From the NCBI GenBank assembly GCA_039045675.1, contig JBCCKC010000076.1:1-10083 (forward strand): DNA of 10,083 bases. The letters are read 5' to 3'. This document shows positions 1 to 5,116 of the stretch, in pieces. This stretch comes from Verrucomicrobiota bacterium. Lineage in GTDB: Bacteria; Verrucomicrobiota; Verrucomicrobiia; Opitutales; Coraliomargaritaceae. The translations under genes and the position numbers were made by a program. The notes under the pieces were generated by a model, which did no database searches, was not told the DNA's origin, and worked only from the letters and a program-made list of their open reading frames with translations. Each line of letters opens with the position of its first letter. The first letter of the stretch is position 1.

Positions 1-576
1 ACGCTCACCTATCAGCAGCATGAGAACGCATTTACCCAACCCAATGGAAAGGTTGCCGAACAAATGCTCGGATGGGCTCTCGAAAAAACTGAAGATGCGG
101 GTGGCGACCTGCTGGAACTCTACTGCGGCAATGGCAACTTCTCGATCGCACTTGCTCAGAACTTCCGTCAAGTCCTCGCAACCGAACTTTCCAAACAGTC
201 CGTATCCGCAGCCCAGTGGAACATCCGCGAAAACGGAGTCAAAAATCTCAAAGTCGCCCGACTCTCAGCGGAGGAACTCACCGAAGCACTCGAAGGCAAA
301 CGTAAATTCCGTAGACTTGAGCAACAGGACATTGATCTCGCCGAATACAATTTCTCCACCGTCCTGGTGGATCCACCTCGTGCCGGCATTGATGAGGCTG
401 CCCTTGCGAAACTTCAATCGTATCCAAATATTCTATACATTTCCTGTAATCCAGAAACTCTCAAAGCAAACCTCAGAACGCTACACAAAACGCACAGAGT
501 CAGCCATACTGCCCTCTTCGACCAATTTCCCTATACGCACCACCGTGAAATGGGGGTTTTTCTGGAACGTCGATAG
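1..576 (+). CDS. trmA: tRNA (uracil54-C5)-methyltransferase TrmA, C-terminal part (5' end lies outside the window)
   Basis: Frame 1 is open from base 1 to the TAG at 574-576. The translation ([28 protein letters not shown]...[16 protein letters not shown]...VDPPRAGID...[11 protein letters not shown]...[13 protein letters not shown]) carries the SAM-binding motif and the catalytic Cys motif of TrmA/RumA-family m5U methyltransferases. It matches the E. coli TrmA C-terminus almost residue for residue. Confidence 0.85.
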   Translation, partial: TLTYQQHENAFTQPNGKVAEQMLGWALEKTEDAGGDLLELYCGNGNFSIALAQNFRQVLATELSKQSVSAAQWNIRENGVKNLKVARLSAEELTEALEGKRKFRRLEQQDIDLAEYNFSTVLVDPPRAGIDEAALAKLQSYPNILYISCNPETLKANLRTLHKTHRVSHTALFDQFPYTHHREMGVFLERR

Positions 577-933
577 AGGGTAAAATTCGAAACAGGCACG
601 ACCATACGCTAACCGAACATCTACCTTTGGTGAGCCGCTGTGAGATAACGATGCTCTGCCGTGATCGAGTGCCGCTGAACTAGCAACACTTAAATATTTT
701 AAGGCCGAACCGGACCGGATCCCGGAGCGAGTCTTTCATCAGCATTACACTTTTCTCAATCTGGAGCGAGCGTGTGATTTCCTTTAAAATAAGGCGAAGT
801 ATCATCATATAAGGATTCGAAAATATATTTATACCGAAGACTTGGCAGTTGACAGGGCATCGCTGAGTCACGATCTCTGGCTTTTTCCAATTTGATTATG
901 CTACATATAAGGCAAAGCTGCAGCAAGATAGAG

Positions 934-1041
934 ATGTCTTTGGATCTTCAGAATGAATATCCAAAGGGCATTTCCTGTGCCCGCATGTCCGGTTCTCAAT
1001 GTGTAGCCTGTATCAAAAATCATATTACACGATATAGCTAA
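934..1041 (+). CDS. Hypothetical small protein (35 aa, three Cys): MSLDLQNEYPKGISCARMSGSQCVACIKNHITRYS
   Basis: ATG at 934 to TAA at 1039-1041. It is the only + strand ORF that ends about 30 nt before the strong intrinsic terminator at 1071-1104. There is no clear RBS. It lies in the AT-rich region and is below the ORF-track size cutoff. Confidence 0.25.
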   Translation: MSLDLQNEYPKGISCARMSGSQCVACIKNHITRYS

Positions 1042-1070
1042 ATAACATCTAATCCATACCTTTTAGAATG

Positions 1071-1104
1071 AGCCCGGACCGCGATTTGCGTCCGGGCTTT
1101 TTTT
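1071..1104 (+). terminator. Rho-independent terminator (+ strand)
   Basis: AGCCCGGAC / GTCCGGGCT forms a perfect 9-bp GC-rich stem (1071-1079 with 1090-1098) around a 10-nt loop, followed directly by a T7 run (1098-1104). The minus-strand reading has no T-run, so it is unidirectional. Confidence 0.75.
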
Positions 1105-1223
1105 GGCCCAAGTCACGACACTGTTCGTCCTTTAAGAAAGAAGCCGGACTGCGTCAGGGCGGAGCTTTAGATACTTTCTTTAAATTTCATAAATACATAT
1201 TAATCAATATTTTATGTAATTTT

Positions 1224-1415
1224 TTATTTGACTATTTCAAATCTATCAGCAAATTCTTCCTCATAAATTTTCCAAACACATGAATCATCATAGACAGAGT
1301 CAAATGCCCAGCAGCAGTTATCGCAAGTTGCCCATTGGGACCGATGATCTGCTAGCGCGGATATTTGGTAACCAAGAGACTTGGATACAAGCAAGGGCTT
1401 ATAGAAAGCAGGCAT
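1224..1415 (-). CDS. Hypothetical small Cys-rich protein (63 aa; contains CDNCCW and SCVW)
   Basis: ORF from the track. On the minus strand an AGGAGG Shine-Dalgarno sits immediately 5' of the ATG (ACAGGAGGAATG). That is notable because the other genes in this window lack an SD. The spacer is very short (1-2 nt). No recognisable domain. Confidence 0.35.
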   Translation of the reverse strand: MPAFYKPLLVSKSLGYQISALADHRSQWATCDNCCWAFDSVYDDSCVWKIYEEEFADRFEIVK

Positions 1416-1485
1416 TCCTCCTGTAAATTGATGGTCGACTGTTTAGAGACTAGTAAACAATGCGATACCAGAAAAACTTTCTAGA

Positions 1486-1740
1486 AGCCCAAGCCGCAAA
1501 CACAGCGCTTGGGCTCTTTTGTTTCCACCACCAACAGTCTAACGGTCTCCCTTACGCCATAGTGAAGGGTAAAACGTCACGTAAATGGCGTCCAAACCAT
1601 GACCTGAAATCAGAGCATGAGAGGGGCGAAACAGCCGTCCTTGGTGGAAACAAAACCGCCCACGAAGAGCACAAATCATCACGAACTCTAAAACGACTGA
1701 TGTCTTTTTTCGTGATCATTCGTGCTCTTCGTGGGCCATT
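1486..1740. other. Highly structured non-coding region (candidate ncRNA or processed leader of the tRNA cluster)
   Basis: Three elements were seen directly. (a) A hairpin GCCCAAGC/GCTTGGGC at 1486-1516 followed by CTTTTGTTT. (b) A perfect 14-bp long-range helix, TTTTGTTTCCACCA (1517-1530) pairing with TGGTGGAAACAAAA (1642-1655), enclosing about 110 nt. (c) A 28-position hairpin with only 2 mismatches (1658-1685 pairing 1709-1736) around a 23-nt loop. The overlapping 99-aa ORF 1460-1759 has no RBS and no recognisable domain. Confidence 0.3.
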
Positions 1741-1748
1741 CTCTTTAT

Positions 1749-1825
1749 GGCGACCATAGCTTAATAGATAAAGCACCTGGCTGTGAATCGGGGGATCTCG
1801 GGTGCGATTCCCAGTGGTCGTCCCA
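1749..1825 (+). tRNA. tRNA-His (anticodon GTG), non-canonical T-loop
   Basis: Cloverleaf folded by hand. G-1 (1749) pairs with C73, giving an 8-bp acceptor GGCGACCA/TGGTCGTC, which is the histidine tRNA hallmark. The anticodon loop CTGTGAA has U33, GTG at 1783-1785 and A37. CCA is encoded (1823-1825). The T-loop is TGCGATT (G at position 55) and the T-stem is imperfect. Confidence 0.65.
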
Positions 1826-1857
1826 ATTTCGTAAGAAATCCGACTTAGTCAGAAACC

Positions 1858-1883
1858 GCTTATTCGAACTAATACGCGCTTAT
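1858..1883 (+). repeat. Degenerate copy (A-orientation) of the ~30-nt repeat family
   Basis: GAAACCGCTTATTCGAACTAATACGC aligns at about 18 of 28 positions with copy A (GAGACCGCTGATTCTCGCTTATAGACGC at 2291-2318). It sits about 20 nt upstream of the inverted copy B1, so the two could form a hairpin. Confidence 0.35.
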
Positions 1884-1904
1884 CGAACCAGGACTTTCAT
1901 CATT

Positions 1905-1946
1905 AGCGTCAATAAGCGAAGATCAGCGGTCTTCAGCTCCGCTGAA
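1905..1946 (+). repeat. Repeat family copy B1 (B-orientation)
   Basis: GCGTCAATAAGCGAAGATCAGCGGTCTTCAGCTCCGCTGAAC. The 29-nt core matches copy B2 at 23 of 29 positions and is the reverse complement of copy A. There is an internal hairpin CAGCGG/CCGCTG. Confidence 0.55.
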
Positions 1947-1964
1947 CATAAGTCCGCACCCCTT

Positions 1965-2039
1965 GCCTCATAAGTTCAACCAGCAGAACAGCCGGCTTTT
2001 AATCAGCAGGACGTGGTGCGAGTCCACGATGGGGCACCA
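1965..2039 (+). tRNA. tRNA-Lys (anticodon TTT), non-canonical T-loop
   Basis: Acceptor GCCTCAT/ATGGGGC (one G-U pair). D-arm GTTC/GAAC. Anticodon loop CTTTTAA (U33, TTT, A37) on a stem with one C-A mismatch. T-arm CGTGG-TGCGAGT-CCACG (G55). Discriminator A, with CCA encoded at 2037-2039. Confidence 0.6.
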
Positions 2040-2044
2040 ATTCC

Positions 2045-2121
2045 GGCAGAGTAGCTCAATAAGTAAGAGCGCGGGTCTCATACGCCCGAGGTTGTGGGTG
2101 CGATTCCCACCTCTGCAACCA
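2045..2121 (+). tRNA. tRNA-Met (anticodon CAT); has some initiator-like features
   Basis: Acceptor GGCAGAG/CTCTGCA with an unpaired 1-72 position (G-A). Anticodon stem CGGGT/GCCCG with three consecutive G-C pairs, and loop CTCATAC. T-arm GTGGG-TGCGATT-CCCAC (G55). A73 then CCA encoded (2119-2121). The D-loop AATAAGTAA lacks GG. C11-G24 is elongator-like, so the initiator versus elongator assignment is open. Confidence 0.7.
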
Positions 2122-2126
2122 TTTCA

Positions 2127-2197
2127 GCCCGTATCGTCTAGTAGTAGGATATCACGCTTTCCACGCGAGGACGCCGGTGCAAGTCCGGCTACGAGTA
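2127..2197 (+). tRNA. tRNA-Glu(TTC)-like (alternative fold gives Gly-TCC); non-canonical, possibly a pseudogene
   Basis: Acceptor GCCCGTA/TACGAGT (one C-A mismatch, one G-U). The D-arm GTCTAGTAGTAGGAT resembles tRNA-Glu. The anticodon region CTTTCCA/TTTCCAC is ambiguous between TTC and TCC, with position 37 = C in the Glu fold. T-arm GCCGG-TGCAAGT-CCGGC (G55). No CCA. Confidence 0.4.
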
Positions 2198-2203
2198 AGT
2201 TTT

Positions 2204-2274
2204 TGCGGGATAGTGTAAGAGCGGCACGGTGGACTTTGACTCCACTAGTGCAGGTGCAAGTCCTGCTCCCGCAA
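2204..2274 (+). tRNA. tRNA-Gln (anticodon TTG), non-canonical T-loop
   Basis: Acceptor TGCGGGA/TCCCGCA is a perfect 7 bp with U1-A72, as in E. coli tRNA-Gln. Anticodon stem GTGGA/TCCAC is perfect, with loop CTTTGAC (U33, TTG 2236-2238, A37). T-arm GCAGG-TGCAAGT-CCTGC (G55). Discriminator A, no CCA. Confidence 0.6.
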
Positions 2275-2276
2275 TT

Positions 2277-2318
2277 TTCCGGCGCAGCCGGAGACCGCTG
2301 ATTCTCGCTTATAGACGC
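2277..2318 (+). repeat. Repeat family copy A (A-orientation), immediately 3' of tRNA-Gln and 5' of the GxxExxY gene
   Basis: TTCCGGCGCAGCCGGAGACCGCTGATTCTCGCTTATAGACGC. Its reverse complement matches copy B2 (2770-2811) at 36 of 42 positions. The 29-nt core matches at 27 of 29. Confidence 0.6.
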
Positions 2319-2362
2319 TAATGGATTGAATCGACATGTAGATTGATTCATTCGTTAATCAA

Positions 2363-2770
2363 ATGACACACAGCACGGAATACATGGCTGATGAAGGTTA
2401 CGCTCTCATCGGCGCCGCATTCGAGGTCCATAGGGAACTCGGCGGTGGCCTGAGCGAAGAAATCTACCAAGAAAGCATAGAGATCGAACTCGGCATTCGA
2501 AATATCCCATTCAAATCGAAGGACGAACTAAGGGTCTTTTATAAGCAACAGCTCCTGAACAAGCGCTACATACCCGACCTCACCGTTTCAGGCGAGATCA
2601 TCACCGAACTCAAAGCCGCCAAGGAGCTCACGCACGAACATCACCGGCAACTCATCAATTACATGCGAGTCACTGAAAAAGCTGTTGGATATCTCATCAA
2701 CTTCGGCCCTACAGAAAAACTCGAGTGGAAGCGTTTCATCCTAAGAGACTTTATTCCTATAGGGCATTAG
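2363..2770 (+). CDS. GxxExxY-family small protein (PD-(D/E)xK nuclease-like fold), 135 aa
   Basis: The G-L-S-E-E-I-Y motif (GxxExxY) is present. The PD...E-L-K motif (IPDLTVSGEIITELK) and the LINFG C-terminal signature typical of this multi-copy family are also there. An alternative start at ATG 2384 (MADEGY...) is possible. No SD. Confidence 0.85.
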   Translation: MTHSTEYMADEGYALIGAAFEVHRELGGGLSEEIYQESIEIELGIRNIPFKSKDELRVFYKQQLLNKRYIPDLTVSGEIITELKAAKELTHEHHRQLINYMRVTEKAVGYLINFGPTEKLEWKRFILRDFIPIGH

Positions 2771-2811
2771 CGCCTGTAAGCGAGAATCAGCGGTCTCCAG
2801 CTATGCTGGAA
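2770..2811 (+). repeat. Repeat family copy B2 (B-orientation), starts inside the stop codon of the GxxExxY gene
   Basis: GCGCCTGTAAGCGAGAATCAGCGGTCTCCAGCTATGCTGGAA is the inverted partner of copy A (2277-2318). It is co-oriented with B1 (1905-1946). Confidence 0.6.
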
Positions 2812-2846
2812 AATTGATAACACTTTCAAATCTCTCCGGTCGGCGG

Positions 2847-2881
2847 CGCAAGGCCCTCAGGCCTCCTGTCAGGGCCTTGCG
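2847..2881 (+). terminator. GC-rich hairpin downstream of the GxxExxY gene (weak terminator or processing site)
   Basis: CGCAAGGCCCT / AGGGCCTTGCG forms an 11-bp stem with a 13-nt loop. The downstream tract TTCCGCTTCG is only weakly U-rich, so intrinsic terminator activity is uncertain. Confidence 0.3.
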
Positions 2882-2912
2882 TTCCGCTTCGACGTTCTAA
2901 ACGGAAATCCAT

Positions 2913-2987
2913 GCAAGCATAGCTTAGTTCGGTTAGAGCACCTCGTAGTTATCGGGAAGATCGCCGGTTCGAATCCGGCTGGTTGCA
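2913..2987 (+). tRNA. tRNA-Asn(GTT)-like, canonical T-loop, unusual A33
   Basis: Acceptor GCAAGCA/TGGTTGC (one G-G mismatch). D-arm GCTT-AGTTCGGTTA-GAGC with G18G19. Anticodon loop TAGTTAT (GTT at 2948-2950, position 33 = A) on a stem with a C-A mismatch. T-arm GCCGG-TTCGAAT-CCGGC is canonical. Discriminator A, no CCA. Confidence 0.5.
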
Positions 2988-2989
2988 CG

Positions 2990-3061
2990 ATACTGTTAGC
3001 TCAGAGGTAGAGCAGTTGACTCATAATCAACTAGTCCCGGGTTCAACTCCCGGACAGTAAC
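2990..3061 (+). tRNA. tRNA with anticodon CAT (elongator Met or lysidine-modified Ile2), canonical T-loop
   Basis: Acceptor ATACTGT/ACAGTAA (1-72 is A-A). D-arm GCTC-AGAGGTA-GAGC. Anticodon arm GTTGA-CTCATAA-TCAAC is perfect (CAT at 3023-3025). T-arm CCGGG-TTCAACT-CCCGG. It starts 2 nt after the preceding tRNA. Confidence 0.65.
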
Positions 3062-3143
3062 GATCATGGCGAAATTGGTATACGCACCGGTCTAAGGAAC
3101 CGTTGTCCGCAAGGACGTGTGGGTTCGAATCCCACTGATCATG
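3060..3143 (+). tRNA. Class-II tRNA-Leu; the anticodon reads AAG (A34) in the only consistent fold
   Basis: D-region TG-GCG-AAATTGGTATA-CGC is Leu-like. The long variable arm has a GTCC-GCAA-GGAC hairpin. T-arm GTGGG-TTCGAAT-CCCAC. Anticodon stem CCGGT/ACCG(T) with loop CTAAGGA (U33, AAG 3094-3096, G37). Acceptor ACGATCA/TGATCAT has one mismatch, and the 5' end apparently overlaps the previous tRNA by 2 nt, so the boundaries are uncertain. Confidence 0.5.
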
Positions 3144-3570
3144 GCTCGGCCTGCCCTAAAGGCCTCCTAGCCTGCAAAGCTAGACTAAAACCGCCCAAAG
3201 AGAGATCGGGCGACTCGTGACAGCCTGGCACCGCTTCACCTAATGGGATCGCTGTGCCAGCAGATTCGCCACCTGCGGTATTGCGGATACCGGATTCAGG
3301 AAGAACCGCAAACCAATTGCAAAGATGCGGCTCACCGTCTCGGCCAAAGACCATTCGGCGAGACCTACTCTGAGTTAGAGGCGAGTGCTTCAGACTGCTT
3401 TCTTAAGCCATACCCCGTGGTTCGAATCTGTGGCCAATCGTCTCGTTCCGACTCTCTGAGGGCACCTCTTCTTTTCATAGGAAGCGCAGGTGCGCCACCT
3501 ACGCTTCATCAATCTCGCAGCTTCAATCGTGAGGACTGCATCAACCCAAAACCCATAACGAATAACAACC

Positions 3571-4686
3571 ATGCTATTCTTCAAATACATCAATATCCCG
3601 TATGAGTATGTCGGTTTGAAATTCCGCGATGGTCAATTCGTCGAACTGCTCCACTCCGGGCGTCAATGGATCTACGATCTCTTTGGCCGTACTGTCGTCG
3701 ACATCGTCTGGCAGGGCGAACCATGGATTGAAATTTCCACCGCTCAGCTGAAGCAGCTCCGCGAGAACGAGGCCGTTAACAAACGGGCTGAATTCATTGA
3801 CCTGAAGGACAACCAACGCGCCCTCGTTTGGCTCGATGGTCGTTTCTACGGCATCCTCAAACCGGGCCTCTACGGCTACTGGAAAACTCCAGTCAAAACC
3901 AAGGTCGAAATCGTTGAGCTTGAAGACGTCCGTTTTCAACACGCACATTTCGACATCATGACCAAAGATAAAGACGTCGCCGTCCACCTGAACATCCAAG
4001 ACATCGAAGATGGAAAGGTCGGCGTTCTCTACGTCGACGGTGTATTCACCGAGATCCTTAAGCCAGGTCGCTACGCATTCTGGAAAAACGTGGGCATCGT
4101 CCGCATCTACCAGTATGACCTTCGTGAAAAGGTCCTCGATGTGACCGGCCAGGAAATCATGACTGCGGACAAGGTCACTCTGCGACTCAACGCAGTCCTG
4201 AGCTACCGCCTCAATGACGTCCGAAAGGTCGCCGAATCCGCAAAAGACGTCGAACAGGCGCTCTACCGTGAGATTCAGCTCATCATCCGTGCAGAAGTCG
4301 GAGGTCGCACTCTCGATCAACTGCTATCCGATAAGTCTGCAGTCGCCAACGAGGCACTGAATGCAATCCGCGCTAAAGCCTCCGGCTACGGTGTCGAAGT
4401 CAATGGTCTCGGCATCCGCGATGTCATCCTGCCGGGAGATATGAAGGAATTGCTCAACCAGGTCATCGAAGCCGAAAAAGCAGCCCAGGCGAACAACATC
4501 AAACGTCGAGAAGAAATTGCTGCCATGCGCAGCCAGCTCAACTCCGCGAAGCTGATCGAGCAAAACCCGACTCTGATGCGTCTGCGTGAGCTCGAGTCTG
4601 TCGAAAAGATCACTGAAAAGGCCAACCTGCAAATCTTCGTCGGAGATGGGCAGGAGCTCAGCAAGCGAATCGTCAAACTCATCTAG
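3571..4686 (+). CDS. SPFH/Band-7 (stomatin/prohibitin-like) domain protein with no transmembrane segment and a triplicated N-terminal beta-hairpin motif, 371 aa
   Basis: The C-terminal half (EIMTADKVTLRLNAVLSYRL...GGRTLDQLLSDKSAVANEALNAIRAKASGYGVEVNGLGIRDVILPGDMKE...AEKAAQANNIKRREE) is a typical SPFH domain followed by a coiled coil. The N-terminus carries three repeats of the SPFH-initiating motif (GQFVELLHSGRQW / GRFYGILKPGLYGYWK / GVFTEILKPGRYAFWK). There is no hydrophobic anchor. A strong terminator follows. Confidence 0.85.
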   Translation: MLFFKYINIPYEYVGLKFRDGQFVELLHSGRQWIYDLFGRTVVDIVWQGEPWIEISTAQLKQLRENEAVNKRAEFIDLKDNQRALVWLDGRFYGILKPGLYGYWKTPVKTKVEIVELEDVRFQHAHFDIMTKDKDVAVHLNIQDIEDGKVGVLYVDGVFTEILKPGRYAFWKNVGIVRIYQYDLREKVLDVTGQEIMTADKVTLRLNAVLSYRLNDVRKVAESAKDVEQALYREIQLIIRAEVGGRTLDQLLSDKSAVANEALNAIRAKASGYGVEVNGLGIRDVILPGDMKELLNQVIEAEKAAQANNIKRREEIAAMRSQLNSAKLIEQNPTLMRLRELESVEKITEKANLQIFVGDGQELSKRIVKLI

Positions 4687-4688
4687 CA

Positions 4689-4721
4689 AAGCCCCGGAGC
4701 CAATACTCCGGGGCTTTTTTT
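4689..4721 (+). terminator. Rho-independent terminator of the SPFH gene
   Basis: AAGCCCCGGAG / CTCCGGGGCTT forms a perfect 11-bp stem (4689-4699 with 4706-4716) around a 6-nt loop. A T7 run (4715-4721) follows, 3 nt after the stop codon. Confidence 0.85.
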
Positions 4722-5116
4722 CCTAAAATTTGATCGGAATTACTGCCCACGAATCTCACTCATCTGCACCAATAATAAACTCGCGAAGATTAGCCTAATT
4801 AGTGGGCTCTAGTGACATCTAGCTCCCACTGAAGGGGGAAGGAATGTTCACCTTTCGCTCAAATGTAAATTGAACCGATCGCGACCGTAGCACTTTCGGT
4901 TTGCAATTGGAAAACGCGAAAGTCCTCGGCACACAACGATTAAGCAAGTGTGTCAAGCAGGCTGATTTTTCGAAACGGCGCCTACCAAACAAGTCGAGTA
5001 TCCGGCTGAATATCAATAACTTAAACCATATATACCCTGAACCCACTCAGATTTTCGAGTCGCACACTTAGGAATTCGACAAAGCGAATCAAATTCGATT
5101 GGCTCTCATCTGTCTT

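Noticed and set aside
20-583. 187-aa + strand ORF overlapping trmA in another frame
   Set aside because: It is in frame 2, whereas the frame-1 translation is an unambiguous TrmA match. This is a shadow ORF with no recognisable motifs.
618-680. Possible fifth, degenerate copy of the repeat family (GGTGAGCCGCTG ... GCCGCTGAAC)
   Set aside because: Only 9-12-nt seeds match, and alignment over the full element is poor. This could be chance.
1428-1456. Sigma-70-like promoter (TTGATG-17-TAGTAA) upstream of the structured region
   Set aside because: The -10 match is poor, and promoter consensus for this SD-less lineage is unknown. This is too weak to annotate.
1460-1759. 99-aa + strand ORF (MRYQKNFLEAQ...)
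   Set aside because: It coincides exactly with the three long RNA helices, has no RBS and no recognisable domain, and has a low-complexity basic composition. The RNA-structure explanation is preferred.
3342-3435. Possible additional class-II tRNA (GGCCA...GGTTCGAATC...TGGCC)
   Set aside because: The putative T-stem arms CCGTG and CTGTG are not complementary, and no D-arm or anticodon arm can be folded. It is kept only as a tRNA-fragment or att-remnant hypothesis under findings.
3243-3605. 120-aa + strand ORF and the 71-aa minus-strand ORF (3139-3354) in the gap after tRNA-Leu
   Set aside because: They overlap the tRNA-Leu 3' end or the SPFH start, have no RBS or domain, and the region looks non-coding and structured.
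3574-4320. 248-aa minus-strand ORF, plus minus-strand ORFs at 4324-4689 and 4386-4682
   Set aside because: They are entirely antisense to the well-supported SPFH gene and are Asp- and Glu-rich, which mirrors the sense strand. These are typical shadow ORFs.
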